DNA from: Candidatus Micrarchaeota archaeon
Lineage (GTDB): Archaea > Micrarchaeota > Micrarchaeia > Anstonellales > Bilamarchaeaceae
Assembly (NCBI GenBank): GCA_016212525.1
Contig: JACRGD010000007.1
Span: forward strand, 15,112 to 79,111
Reading direction: 5' to 3'
Length of the DNA: 64,000 bases
In this document: one piece after another, positions 46,310 to 56,677 of the stretch
How positions within the stretch are numbered: position 1 is the first letter of the stretch
How the letters are laid out: each line of letters opens with the position of its first letter
Made by a program: the position numbers and the translations under genes
Notes under the pieces: generated by a model
The model's database searches: none
What the model saw: only the letters and a program-made list of their open reading frames with translations
Told to the model about the DNA's origin: nothing

Positions 46310-47539
46310 TTAGTTCACTTTCAAAAACAGGACAGAATCCAAAACAGTTTGTATGTCTTTTGCATTCTGACCAATCTGGATAAGGGTCGTCTGACCGCGG
46401 ATTCCTTTGCCGCTGGGTTTAGTTGCAATAAGACCTAAAACCTCCAATTCAGAGAGATATTCCTTATACCATCTAAGACTCCTTGCACGCTTTCCGACCT
46501 TATTACAGACGCGCTCATACTCTTCATAGGCCTCACCGGAAAACAGATAGCAAGGAGCAGAATAACCATTTTGCTCGGAATTGTTTTCTAATGACAAGCG
46601 TGAGTATTTGCTGCCCTTAACTGCCAGAGAAGCTATCGAATAGAGCGTGAGTTGATGCATCTCGGGAAGAGTAACGATCGTCTCTTTTGTAAGATCTATT
46701 TCGACGCGTTTGCGTGCAGATTCGACATCTCGGTCAGTTATCTTGTTTCGTTTTTCAAAATCGGCAATCTCACCGGCTTTGTTTATGAGTTTTAGGGCAT
46801 ATCGGGCATCACCAGTCTCCTGGGAGGTAATGGCCGCGGCCAGATTTATTGCCGAGGAATCAACAGATTCTGGGGCAAATCCTTCTTTTGATCGCTCAGA
46901 TAAGATGCGCTGAATTTGCTCTGCTGTGTAAGGTGGAAATACCATCTCCGTTTCATAGAGACTGCTCTTGCTTCGGGGGTCAAGAGTATCTTTGAAAGAG
47001 AGTTTGTTTGAAATACCAACAATACTTACTCCACCATAGCTCAGTTCATCGTTCGATCGGGTAAGAGTGTAGACGAGTTCGTCCAGATCCTTTATCATAT
47101 CGATCTCATCTAGGACGATAATCATCTGCTTGCCATCGGAAACGAGTTCGAGAAGTTTTTCATAAAAGAAAGGAAGGCCAAAACCGGATTTATCGGCTTC
47201 TGGGCAGTAATTCTTGAGTATTTTCTGGAGAATCCGATATCGGGAATTGTAAATCCTGCAGTTGACATACTGAATTAGCGCCTTTGTATCGCCCGAGCCT
47301 TTGGTGGAATTTTCAAAATCCTCCATTATGCGCTTCATGCAGCAGGTTTTTCCAGTTCCGGTTTTACCATAAAGTATGATATTTCTTGGTTTTTGTGATC
47401 TTAGGGCGGGTGAAAGAACTGAAACGATCTGGTTGATCTGATGGTCCCTAAAGGGCAAATCTTTTGGAACATAATGAGGCGAGAGAACACTCGGATTTCT
47501 AAAAATAGTTCGTTTGGACATCACATCCTCAAATAACAT
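46310..47539 (-). CDS. cdc6: Orc1/Cdc6 replication initiator
   Basis: 409 aa; Walker A GKTGTGKT, Walker B DEID, C-terminal winged helix. Confidence 0.9.
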   Translation of the reverse strand: MLFEDVMSKRTIFRNPSVLSPHYVPKDLPFRDHQINQIVSVLSPALRSQKPRNIILYGKTGTGKTCCMKRIMEDFENSTKGSGDTKALIQYVNCRIYNSRYRILQKILKNYCPEADKSGFGLPFFYEKLLELVSDGKQMIIVLDEIDMIKDLDELVYTLTRSNDELSYGGVSIVGISNKLSFKDTLDPRSKSSLYETEMVFPPYTAEQIQRILSERSKEGFAPESVDSSAINLAAAITSQETGDARYALKLINKAGEIADFEKRNKITDRDVESARKRVEIDLTKETIVTLPEMHQLTLYSIASLAVKGSKYSRLSLENNSEQNGYSAPCYLFSGEAYEEYERVCNKVGKRARSLRWYKEYLSELEVLGLIATKPSGKGIRGQTTLIQIGQNAKDIQTVLDSVLFLKVN

Positions 47540-47647
47540 AAATTATTCACCCGCAGAATGGTATTTTTACATTCAAGCTTTAATAGGTTGCGAAAAAAAC
47601 AACCATTTACGAGAGACCCGAAGATAAAATCAAAAATCATTCAGTCA

Positions 47648-48550
47648 TCACTCCAGATCACTAAGCTTCTTTTGCATCTGATTTAACCAAATTCGCTCGC
47701 GCACAAGAACAGGCGTAATTGTCCGGGCCAACTTATCCAGAATAGTTTTACGCTCATGCGAAAGCCATTTGTCCTTTGTTTTTATACTCATAAGAAAAGA
47801 TGGATTAGCCAATAGGATCTGATGGGTGAATTTCTCATAATGCATAATTTTCTGTTTTAACTTCTCAATTCGTTTAAGAGCGGCAGTCTCCATGACAGTT
47901 CCGCGACCAGAAGCTTTATGGGATTCTTTTGTTGCAAGAATCAAACGATAGCCATAGTGACTGAGCTTATCAAGATATTTTGAGAGGGGAATCTTGATAA
48001 GTGTTTTAGTGAGGAGAAGCAACCAGCCTTCCCGAAGCAAAATACGATCAAATTGATCCAGAGCTACAAATGCATCTTCACGTACCATGTTTTCTCGCAA
48101 TCGACCCCGAAGAAAAGGATATTGCTTAAGAATGGAAGTAAGATCGATTTTACCATGCGAACCTCGTAACACGAGCCGAACTTCCTTAATTCCCTGTCTC
48201 TGGCGCCGTAACTGGCCAAGCAAAAAAGAGGCTTCAGATGCAGGAAGTTCCTTAAAATCCAAAAGCCACAGACGCGTCTCGAGTATTGGACCAATATTAG
48301 GATCGGATTGGAATGAGATGAGAAGATCGGGGTAGTATTTGCGAAGATAACGCAACTCGTCAAGATGGACCAGCAGATATTCTTTGATAGTCGCAGAAAA
48401 TTTCTTGAGTTCTACTTTCTTTCTTGAGAGATCACGCCGCAGATCAGAATCACTTATTTTGAGAAATTGTTGTTTTATTGAATGGATTTCATCCTGCATT
48501 TTAGCAATTTTGATAGAGGCATCATCAAGATATTCGATAAGCAGCATCAA
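47648..48550 (-). CDS. hypothetical protein
   Basis: 300-aa ORF upstream of and co-oriented with cdc6; basic and helical; no known motif. Confidence 0.45.
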   Translation of the reverse strand: MMLLIEYLDDASIKIAKMQDEIHSIKQQFLKISDSDLRRDLSRKKVELKKFSATIKEYLLVHLDELRYLRKYYPDLLISFQSDPNIGPILETRLWLLDFKELPASEASFLLGQLRRQRQGIKEVRLVLRGSHGKIDLTSILKQYPFLRGRLRENMVREDAFVALDQFDRILLREGWLLLLTKTLIKIPLSKYLDKLSHYGYRLILATKESHKASGRGTVMETAALKRIEKLKQKIMHYEKFTHQILLANPSFLMSIKTKDKWLSHERKTILDKLARTITPVLVRERIWLNQMQKKLSDLE

Positions 48551-48615
48551 AGACTAAACGAAGGACAAAAATATAAAGAATTAGGCTTGGGATTGAAAAA
48601 ATAGAAAAGAAAGAA

Positions 48616-49497
48616 TTATTGGCAAAGATGGGTGTTCTGGTTGCAGACTTCACCTACATTGCAGTTCTGATTATCATTGCAGAATCCGACCTTGGGAGTG
48701 CATGCATGAGACTCGCAAATCTGATAGGATGCATCACAATCTGCAGTTGTCGCACATTTACCTGCGCTGGGAGTGCATCGGTGAGTTGAGGTCGAGCAGT
48801 ATTCCCAGTCAGTACATTCATTGTCAACACCGCAGAAACCAACCTTTGCGACGCATTTGTTTGTTCGTCCATCGCACTTGGCCCAGGTCTTATCGCAGTT
48901 ATTATCGTTTATGCAGAAACCGGCCTTTGGTTTGCATTGGTGAGTCTTTGGTTCGCAAGTCTGCCAGGTTGTGCAGTCTCCATCAAAGTCGCATCGATCT
49001 GGAAGATAGACACATTTACTCGATTGCTGATCGCAGCGTTTCCATGAATCACAATCAGTGTCTTTTACGCAGAAGCCGGGAGCAGGACCGCATCGGTGAG
49101 TACTAGGACTACAATACTCGACTACAGGCTGGCATTGAGTATCGCCATCGCAGAAACCTGGACCGGGTCTGCAATATTTTGAGGAATCACACACCTGCCA
49201 GCTTTGACAATCGACATTAGTACCACATCGACCGGCAGTATAGATACATTTGTAGGATTTGCCCACATCACAGGTCAAAAGAGAAGCATTGCCAGTATTA
49301 TTGCCGCAGTCTGCAGGAGACTCGCAGTAGCCAGGTAGTTTCATGCATGTTTTTGTACCAAGATTGCATGACTGCCATGGCCGACAATCCTTATCTGCAC
49401 TGCATGAAGGAGCAGTGTTAATACATCCAAAAATAAATATTGACGCCAAAAGAGCAGCTAATATAAGTAATCTCATAAAGGAGATATTTCCGGCCAA
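48616..49497 (-). CDS. secreted protein of seven tandem Cys-rich modules
   Basis: signal peptide, then ~7 repeats of about 38 aa with pattern G(F/Y/R)C-x2-D-x-DC-x2-W-x2-C-x6-C-x3-PG; 48 Cys in 293 aa. Confidence 0.7.
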   Translation of the reverse strand: MAGNISFMRLLILAALLASIFIFGCINTAPSCSADKDCRPWQSCNLGTKTCMKLPGYCESPADCGNNTGNASLLTCDVGKSYKCIYTAGRCGTNVDCQSWQVCDSSKYCRPGPGFCDGDTQCQPVVEYCSPSTHRCGPAPGFCVKDTDCDSWKRCDQQSSKCVYLPDRCDFDGDCTTWQTCEPKTHQCKPKAGFCINDNNCDKTWAKCDGRTNKCVAKVGFCGVDNECTDWEYCSTSTHRCTPSAGKCATTADCDASYQICESHACTPKVGFCNDNQNCNVGEVCNQNTHLCQ

Positions 49498-49593
49498 TGT
49501 TTTTTAAAGCTCCCGCAATCGATCGGGGGTTGCGAAACATTTGAACTCCAAATACGCGATATTAAGAGAGAGTTATTCAGTTAAAATACGAAA

Positions 49594-50271
49594 CTAGAGG
49601 CGTCTCCAGCGATCAAGGGTTGCAAGAAGCATTCCAAAATCGGAAATAGTCGCATCTGCTTTGGACGAGCGACTATTTGCATATTTTCCAGAAAGTATGC
49701 GAATAGTTTTCATGCCGGCTTTCTTAGCTGGAATTATGTCGGCATCTTCTCGATCACCAATCATTAGCGACTCTGTTGGCTTGGCCCTTAGATTCGAGAG
49801 AATGCGCGTGAAAAAGAGTTCATCTTTGGAGCGACCGACATCTTCTGAAACAAAAACATCATCGAAAAAAAGTGCTATACTTAATCGAATGAGTTTATCC
49901 CATTGTTTAATCGACGTACCGTTTGTAGCGACATATAAATTGTAACCCTTTTGACGCAGATTAAGAAGAGTGCTTGGAACCTGAGGATAGGGGGCGATTG
50001 TTGTCTTGGTATCGTGATAAGCAGCGATAGCAGCAGAAACGAATTTAGCACTTTTTTTGATTTTTAGGGATTTGCACAAATCATCAAAATGATGAGTGTA
50101 ATTTGAACCCTTTTTTTGGATTATTTTTGAAAGAGAATGCTCGAGATCGGAATAGGTTGCATCTAAACCCATGCCAATCATTGCATTAATTGCGTTTTTT
50201 CTGGCCAAGGAACTAAAATCAGTAGTCGGAAAGAGGGTATCATCGATATCGAAGAAGATATTTTTTATCAT
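49594..50271 (-). CDS. HAD-superfamily hydrolase
   Basis: 225 aa; motif I FFDIDDTL, motif II TNG, motif IV GDREDADI. Confidence 0.7.
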   Translation of the reverse strand: MIKNIFFDIDDTLFPTTDFSSLARKNAINAMIGMGLDATYSDLEHSLSKIIQKKGSNYTHHFDDLCKSLKIKKSAKFVSAAIAAYHDTKTTIAPYPQVPSTLLNLRQKGYNLYVATNGTSIKQWDKLIRLSIALFFDDVFVSEDVGRSKDELFFTRILSNLRAKPTESLMIGDREDADIIPAKKAGMKTIRILSGKYANSRSSKADATISDFGMLLATLDRWRRL

Positions 50272-50302
50272 GAAAAAATAGAAAGAAAGAAATTAATAAA
50301 CT

Positions 50303-52801
50303 CTATTGATTGGACTCGACAAAGATAGTTGGAGTGTATCCTGTGCCAGTCTGTCTTGGAGAACGTGGTCTTCGTGCTCCTGCATCAGAAGGTACTGGGG
50401 CAGGAACTGCCGCCACTGGAACAACTACAGGAGCTGGAACCACTACCGGAGGCGCAACAACTGCAGGAACTGTGGTATCAGCAGGAACTGAAGAATCTAC
50501 TTGTACCGATGCATCTGCGCTTGGCAAAGGTGCACCTATTGGAGCGCCCAAGGGAACAGATCTACGCGGAGCAGATTCAACAACTGCCGGAGTTGGATGT
50601 GTTTGCGGAGTTCTTGTAGATTTCCACCAAATACCGAAAACACCACCGCCAAGTATTCCAACAACCACAGCAGCTACCCAGGCTTTAAAGGTTCTTGGTC
50701 TGGATGGCAACGCGGATGGATCAACCTCGACAGTGCTTTCTGGATCGACTATAGGGTCGGCGGGAGCTGATGGTGAGAAATCAGCCCTCAAAGTAGTCCC
50801 GTCTCGTGGGCTAGGTCTTTGGGCAACCGGTTCCGAACCAGTATTAGATGTGCCACGAACAGCTCTCGAGGGAGCACCTACAGCAAAGACCTCATCATCC
50901 CAAGGACCAGCCTTAGGGGATGCACGAGTTGTGGGTGGACTAACCGGAGCGTGCGGACCGCTCACGGATGCAGGACCCGGAAGAACACCACCTGGACCGC
51001 GTCTAGTTGCAGTATCTGATGCAACAGGAATCGGAGCAGGAGCCCTTGCTGGAGGCTCAGAACCAAAGGCACCACCCATCATCAGCGTACCACTTGGTGA
51101 TGGAGGTTCACGAAGCACTGGAACAGCTGCCTCATTTGAATTGAAAAGATTTAACCTTAGAAGTCTTCCAGGACCCACTAAAACCTGACCAGATAGTTTA
51201 TCAGTAACGTTAAACATATCCGAACGTCCGGTAATATAGTTCAAATGGAAGGGAGTTGAATCATGCCCATAAGTAACTACGTCAGAATCAGTGGCTATCA
51301 CAACCCGAGCACCAGTAGAATCAGAAAGCACATAGGGAACATTTGGAGCAATATCAGCCATGGATTTAGTTGCATTGACTACTTGCGCACCCCTAAGAAA
51401 TTCGATATTTGAACCCTCATCTGAGTTAGTAACTCGAACCACATCAGAACCAACTTTGGCATATTTAGTTTCGCCAATTTCGACCTTCAAAAAAGCATCG
51501 ACCCTGCCTCCAGAGAAAACAACAAACTCATTAGAACCATACCTAACCAGATTGAGACTAGCAGAAAGAGCAACTACAGTATTGGTATCTTCTAATTTGC
51601 ATTCATAAACAGAAGGACAACCTGATTTCTCTGCTACTTCTTCCAAATTTAGAAGACGAACTGAAACCTTATCAGGAAGACGTCGTGAAACCTCAACTGC
51701 ATAATCGTTACCCATCAAAGATAGTTTTGCATATCGAACTTCTTGGAAGTCAATGGATACCAACTGGTCAGGAGAGCCTAAAGCACAGACCTGAACTTCA
51801 TGGGCATTTGAGAAATAAACGTTCAAAGCAGGACCAAAATTCCTAGATTCACCAACAACCAAATCAGATTTGTTTGGCCGCTCAACTAGACAGTATGAAC
51901 CCTGCGAATCAACATATTCAGAAGTATAGACAACCCCTCTTAAAAGAGCCAAACCAGCTACATCATATTGAACAGAACCGCCGGGAGTGTCTGAAACATC
52001 AAAGTGATGGTCGCCACTACCAGTATAGACCAAATCAACATATCCCGAAGGAGATGCTGCCCTACCATCGCGTACAGGAGTTACCGTAGATGCAGTAGGT
52101 AAAGCAGGAGGAAGTTCATTTTCTGTCCAGACCGAATAATAACGAGTACCGGAGTTTTCCCATCCCAAAACATACGCATCAACACCTGCAGCCATGGCCG
52201 GAGGAACATAGGAAGCAAGTTTAGCTTCAAATACGGCCGGATGATCAGGAACAGAAGCAAGGAAATCCCCGTCTAATTCAGTTATAGTCACATCAGACCC
52301 AGAAGTATCAACATAGATACCCAAAGGCAATCGAACTCCATTTGTATATATGTTAGAGTCAGGAACAATTTCGGCCGGACCGTATCGATGAACAGTTCGA
52401 GTAACATCGACACTAAGTTCACCATTCTTAACAGTAAGCGTGGCATCAAAACCAGTATTACCATGACGAACAAGAATAGACGCTGAATCATTATTAGAGT
52501 TAACATCAAGTTCGGTTCTTGGAATTAGATCATCTAGATTCTTCAGGTAAAAAGGTACATAATTATTGGCAGAATCACGAAGTTCTACAGATCCGACTCC
52601 AGATGAAGTGACATTAGAACAAACAAGCTTCAAATCACCCGGCAAAGTACAGTATTCTTTTACTTCCAAGGATTTGCGAGTTGTTTCTGGACCAGCTGCA
52701 CGAGCAGCAGCAGCTAGAGGCGGAGGCAATGCCACATTACCACCAGTAACATGCGCTGGAACTTCAGAAGCAATTCTTGCACCTATTAATTTTTTTGCCA
52801 T
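50303..52801 (-). CDS. large membrane-anchored protein (single C-terminal TM helix, Pro/Val/Ala-rich tail)
   Basis: 832 aa; TM helix WVAAVVVGILGGGVFGIWW near the C-terminus followed by PAVVAPPVVVPAPVVVP repeats; no known domain. Confidence 0.6.
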   Translation of the reverse strand: MAKKLIGARIASEVPAHVTGGNVALPPPLAAAARAAGPETTRKSLEVKEYCTLPGDLKLVCSNVTSSGVGSVELRDSANNYVPFYLKNLDDLIPRTELDVNSNNDSASILVRHGNTGFDATLTVKNGELSVDVTRTVHRYGPAEIVPDSNIYTNGVRLPLGIYVDTSGSDVTITELDGDFLASVPDHPAVFEAKLASYVPPAMAAGVDAYVLGWENSGTRYYSVWTENELPPALPTASTVTPVRDGRAASPSGYVDLVYTGSGDHHFDVSDTPGGSVQYDVAGLALLRGVVYTSEYVDSQGSYCLVERPNKSDLVVGESRNFGPALNVYFSNAHEVQVCALGSPDQLVSIDFQEVRYAKLSLMGNDYAVEVSRRLPDKVSVRLLNLEEVAEKSGCPSVYECKLEDTNTVVALSASLNLVRYGSNEFVVFSGGRVDAFLKVEIGETKYAKVGSDVVRVTNSDEGSNIEFLRGAQVVNATKSMADIAPNVPYVLSDSTGARVVIATDSDVVTYGHDSTPFHLNYITGRSDMFNVTDKLSGQVLVGPGRLLRLNLFNSNEAAVPVLREPPSPSGTLMMGGAFGSEPPARAPAPIPVASDTATRRGPGGVLPGPASVSGPHAPVSPPTTRASPKAGPWDDEVFAVGAPSRAVRGTSNTGSEPVAQRPSPRDGTTLRADFSPSAPADPIVDPESTVEVDPSALPSRPRTFKAWVAAVVVGILGGGVFGIWWKSTRTPQTHPTPAVVESAPRRSVPLGAPIGAPLPSADASVQVDSSVPADTTVPAVVAPPVVVPAPVVVPVAAVPAPVPSDAGARRPRSPRQTGTGYTPTIFVESNQ

Positions 52802-52803
52802 AG

Positions 52804-54171
52804 TTAAGCACCCTCTTTAGGAACTATAGATATAAGTGTCTCGTATGCATCACGAATACTAGCAGCCAGATCAGCCATTGCATCAGGCTTAAGAACATGG
52901 GGAATCTGAACATGTTCAACTGGAAGAAGTTCATCTGTCTTCCTTGGATTAGGAACATTATCAGATGGAACGAACAAAGCATCCCCATAAGATCCCACAA
53001 CCAAAGCTGCAATTCTCATCATAGATGCAGAATTACCATAGGTCAAACTTCTTGCAGCTGCCAGTCCGGAATCTGGATGATTAGATAAAAAGTCTTGGAA
53101 CTGATCTCCATGAGAACGACCTCTACCATCATCAAGTGCGATTTCTACCAGTTGGCGATGTAACTCTAAATCAGAAAGATGTGGATACTCATGAACCATT
53201 TGAGGAGTTACAAACCTAGCTGCAATGGCCATAACATGTGCAACGGTTGTGGTTGAAAGCTGATCATAAAGAGTCTGCAGATCGCCAACTGATCCGGAAG
53301 TAATTGCAGCCGCGGCACTATCATATGCAGCAGGAGCAACAGCAGTTGAGACGTATCGATGAACATCAACAGCAAATGCAGGATCAAGGATAATTGAAAC
53401 CGCTCTATCTAGATTCATATAAGAAGCAACAGCACATAAATTAACATGATATTGCAACTGGTCAGAATAATTTGGATCTGCCGGATTCATACCAAGAAAC
53501 ACAGGAACGTGTGGATCGAGAGCTTGGGCCAAAGCCAATTTTCTTTCAGAAGCAGCAACCTGAGCCTTAAGATCTGCGACTTGGGTTACTAGAGCATCGT
53601 GTTTATCGACACGAGCAACTACTTCTCGAACAGCCTTTGCTACAACAGCCAAACGACTTTTTGAAGCTCCATCACGAGCAACAGCTTCAGTTCTCGTAAG
53701 TGCGGTACTAAGAGTATCGACACGAGCTGCTATATCGGAAACACGAGAAACTGCCTGAGTTACGGCAACAGGAACTTTAGGAACTACGACGTCATTTACA
53801 AACTCGCCAAATACAGATCTTGCTGTTATTGCTTCTTCAGTTCGCTCCTCAGCTGGTGCTCGCATAGCAGCGACTCCGGTTCTTGCAATGGCAAATAGAG
53901 CAGCGCCCAAAGTACTACGAACACTTCGTTCATCCTCAGAAAGATCAGTAGCACCAACCAAACGAGTAGCTGCAGAAACAGTGAGAGAAATTACACTAGA
54001 GGCAAGAACACCTCTCATGCTTGGAACAGATTTATCATCTGCATCAATAGAATCTGAACCACGAACATCTCCTGCAGCTCGAGCAAATGTCTTTACTAAT
54101 TTTAGAGCATCGTTGAACTTACCTATTTCCTTCGGATTCGTAATAACCGGTTTTGTTGTAGTAGCACTCAT
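52804..54171 (-). CDS. Ala-rich hypothetical protein
   Basis: 455 aa; no known motifs; start is 12 bp after the stop of the upstream gene. Confidence 0.55.
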   Translation of the reverse strand: MSATTTKPVITNPKEIGKFNDALKLVKTFARAAGDVRGSDSIDADDKSVPSMRGVLASSVISLTVSAATRLVGATDLSEDERSVRSTLGAALFAIARTGVAAMRAPAEERTEEAITARSVFGEFVNDVVVPKVPVAVTQAVSRVSDIAARVDTLSTALTRTEAVARDGASKSRLAVVAKAVREVVARVDKHDALVTQVADLKAQVAASERKLALAQALDPHVPVFLGMNPADPNYSDQLQYHVNLCAVASYMNLDRAVSIILDPAFAVDVHRYVSTAVAPAAYDSAAAAITSGSVGDLQTLYDQLSTTTVAHVMAIAARFVTPQMVHEYPHLSDLELHRQLVEIALDDGRGRSHGDQFQDFLSNHPDSGLAAARSLTYGNSASMMRIAALVVGSYGDALFVPSDNVPNPRKTDELLPVEHVQIPHVLKPDAMADLAASIRDAYETLISIVPKEGA

Positions 54172-54183
54172 ATTTCATCCCCC

Positions 54184-56562
54184 CTATACAGATTTTATTT
54201 TATCAAGATCAGTTTCAGTTAATGCCTCTGAATTGACAAAGATTGCTTCACCAAAGGCAACAAAAACAGTCCTAAACGCAGTTGCAAATGCAGCAGGATC
54301 GGATTTAGAACCCTCCAGACCAGTCATACGCGTAGCAACCTGGGCAGCATCAATATCCCCGTGAGAAGTTGCAACTTGACCAAATGCCCTCAATTTGCCA
54401 AATAATCCATCGACCGGACTACCACCATTGGTTGGTTTTTGGAGTTCGGTAATCAGTGCAGCAGGAATTTCTGTTCTTCCACCTGAACTGGAATTGGATA
54501 AGATCTTAGCCAATCGAGCAGAAGTAAAGAACCCATCAACTGCAGTTGCTAATGCAGTTACCGGAGTCATATCGACAACTGGAGCCGGAGCGGCTTTTAC
54601 AGAAGGATCTGAAACCAACTGATCTCCAGTAACTTCAACTTTGAAACGTGGTTTGTTTGATTCAGAAGTTCCCAGATAAGTGACTTTTACGGTTCGTTTT
54701 GTGTAACCACCAGTTTCGAAAGTGTGAGACTCACCAACTACAAGCGAGTTCTGGGTTTTACCAACTCGCTCGGTTCGCGCAGTTGGATCAAAAGAACTGC
54801 CATTTGTCTTGGCATAAGTATAACCTAATGCAGTAAGTACACCGGCAGGATCAAAATCCTTGGATTTTACTTCCAAAGACAAATCAGCACGTCCAGGAAT
54901 GGCCAAACGAACCCAGTCAGATCTGGAAGCAGAAGCAACATCGAAGACCATTTCGCAAGTAGATGGTTCGGTCGTTATTACAGGACCAGATGGCGCTTTA
55001 ACAGCGGCCGGAGCAACAGCTGACTTAGCAGGTTCGGGTGCTCTTGCAGCTTCGGCTCTTGCTTCAACCCGAGCAGGAGCAACTGGAGGTGCTGCTAATT
55101 CAGATGGAGCTGGAGTTCGTACCGCTGCAACTCGTGCTTCGAATTCTTGGATTCGACGCTGTAAGTCAGCTTCGGCCTCACTAAGAGCTCGCTCTCGCTT
55201 ATCCAATGCGCCCAATCTTTGGTTAGCAGCTTCTAATCGAGCTTCAGCTTCAGAAGCAGCAGTTAGAGCAGCAGATTTTCTTGCATCAGCCGAATTAGCA
55301 GCTTCAACTGCAGCAGTCTTTCTTCCTTCCTGTTCATCGGCTTCAGCTTGAGCAGCACTTCGTCTTAACTCTGCAGCAGAAGCAAGACCACTCATTTGAG
55401 TCAAACTCTCATTCGCTTCATCAATTTTAGCAGTAACAGCAGACAAAGCAGATCGTTTTTCACCAAGTGCAAGCCCGAGAGCAGCATCTGATGTTCGACC
55501 TTCAAGTAACGTTCTTTCTAAATTTTCGACTTCAGCCTTAAGAGCATCACGTTTGCCTTCCAAACTAGCAACCTCAGAAGTAAGAGCAGTTGAAGGTCTT
55601 AATGGAGCACGTGGAGGTTTTGGTTTTTGAGGTATCTCAACTGGAGCAAGCATCTGAGAAACATCCAATGGCATGTCAATAGATGTAACTTCAATTGCCA
55701 TCACCGCAGATACAACTGCATCAGAACGTACTGATTCTGAACTTGGCAAAGGAGCCGCAGATGGAAGAGAAGCCAAAAACTCAACAGGAGAAACTACATC
55801 TGGATAATTGCCAGCAGGTAATGGTATTTCTGATCCGGTAAGTGGATTGTTGAGCAAGTCAGAAACATCCTTAATTGAAGAGGTGGCACCATCTAAAGCA
55901 GCTACAGCAGCAGCAGATGCAGCGAGTTGAGCCTCTAATCTTCTACGAACAGTATCAGTTTTTTTTATGGCAGCAGCAACTTCGCCAACAAGTCTTTTCT
56001 TTAACTCACTAACCTCGCCATCGAGTTCTAATCTTCGAGCATCAAGAGCATCACGATCTTTTTCATAAGCAGCAGAAACAGTTTCTCTTTCTCTTGCAAG
56101 TGAAGATTCAGCAGCGATCAAAGCATGAAGAGTCGCAGTGGCAGAAGTAAAAATTTCAGAACCTAAATCAGAGAGAGCCGTGCCGGAAATAGACTGAGGT
56201 TGGGAACTTCCCTCAACATTCAGTACAAAAGTAGCATCGATAGCAGCAGCAACAAGGCCGGGAAGTCTATCTGCATTGAATAGATCAGTGTCTACCTCCA
56301 CAGGACCTGATGAAACAGAACGTATTGGAGTTGTGGGTTTTGGAACGCCTTCGGGAAGTTGTTCTCTAACGGCCAAAACGGAATTGATTGCGGGGCTTAG
56401 TCTAGCTGCCAATTCAGCAGCTGCAGCCATGGCACCAAGACGAACACCATCTTCCAAAAGACCAGTTAAATGTTCATTTAGCTTTGCGCCTGAACCCCTA
56501 GGAACATATTTAACAGCAGACGACGGACCTTTCAAAACCATAGACGTATTTTTTTCTGACAC
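54184..56562 (-). CDS. Ala-rich coiled-coil protein
   Basis: 792 aa; about 350-aa central region of heptad-like Ala/Glu/Arg/Leu repeats (SMC-like coiled coil) flanked by non-repetitive domains. Confidence 0.55.
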   Translation of the reverse strand: MSEKNTSMVLKGPSSAVKYVPRGSGAKLNEHLTGLLEDGVRLGAMAAAAELAARLSPAINSVLAVREQLPEGVPKPTTPIRSVSSGPVEVDTDLFNADRLPGLVAAAIDATFVLNVEGSSQPQSISGTALSDLGSEIFTSATATLHALIAAESSLARERETVSAAYEKDRDALDARRLELDGEVSELKKRLVGEVAAAIKKTDTVRRRLEAQLAASAAAVAALDGATSSIKDVSDLLNNPLTGSEIPLPAGNYPDVVSPVEFLASLPSAAPLPSSESVRSDAVVSAVMAIEVTSIDMPLDVSQMLAPVEIPQKPKPPRAPLRPSTALTSEVASLEGKRDALKAEVENLERTLLEGRTSDAALGLALGEKRSALSAVTAKIDEANESLTQMSGLASAAELRRSAAQAEADEQEGRKTAAVEAANSADARKSAALTAASEAEARLEAANQRLGALDKRERALSEAEADLQRRIQEFEARVAAVRTPAPSELAAPPVAPARVEARAEAARAPEPAKSAVAPAAVKAPSGPVITTEPSTCEMVFDVASASRSDWVRLAIPGRADLSLEVKSKDFDPAGVLTALGYTYAKTNGSSFDPTARTERVGKTQNSLVVGESHTFETGGYTKRTVKVTYLGTSESNKPRFKVEVTGDQLVSDPSVKAAPAPVVDMTPVTALATAVDGFFTSARLAKILSNSSSGGRTEIPAALITELQKPTNGGSPVDGLFGKLRAFGQVATSHGDIDAAQVATRMTGLEGSKSDPAAFATAFRTVFVAFGEAIFVNSEALTETDLDKIKSV

Positions 56563-56677
56563 TCATCCCACCTCAATACTTAGCGAACCACGACGTTTAT
56601 CGGGGCTCGCAACATAAACATTATTGTTATTATCAGTATAAATATGTGTAATCCTCTATTTAAACCTTTCTAACACC

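Noticed and set aside
50306-51188. Plus-strand ORFs inside the GC-rich island (for example 50310..51188, 54860..55351, 59699..60178, 60090..60437)
   Set aside because: These are antisense shadow ORFs of the large minus-strand genes. High GC suppresses stop codons on the opposite strand, and the low-complexity translations (GTGAGTAATG..., RSRSSR...) are not protein-like.
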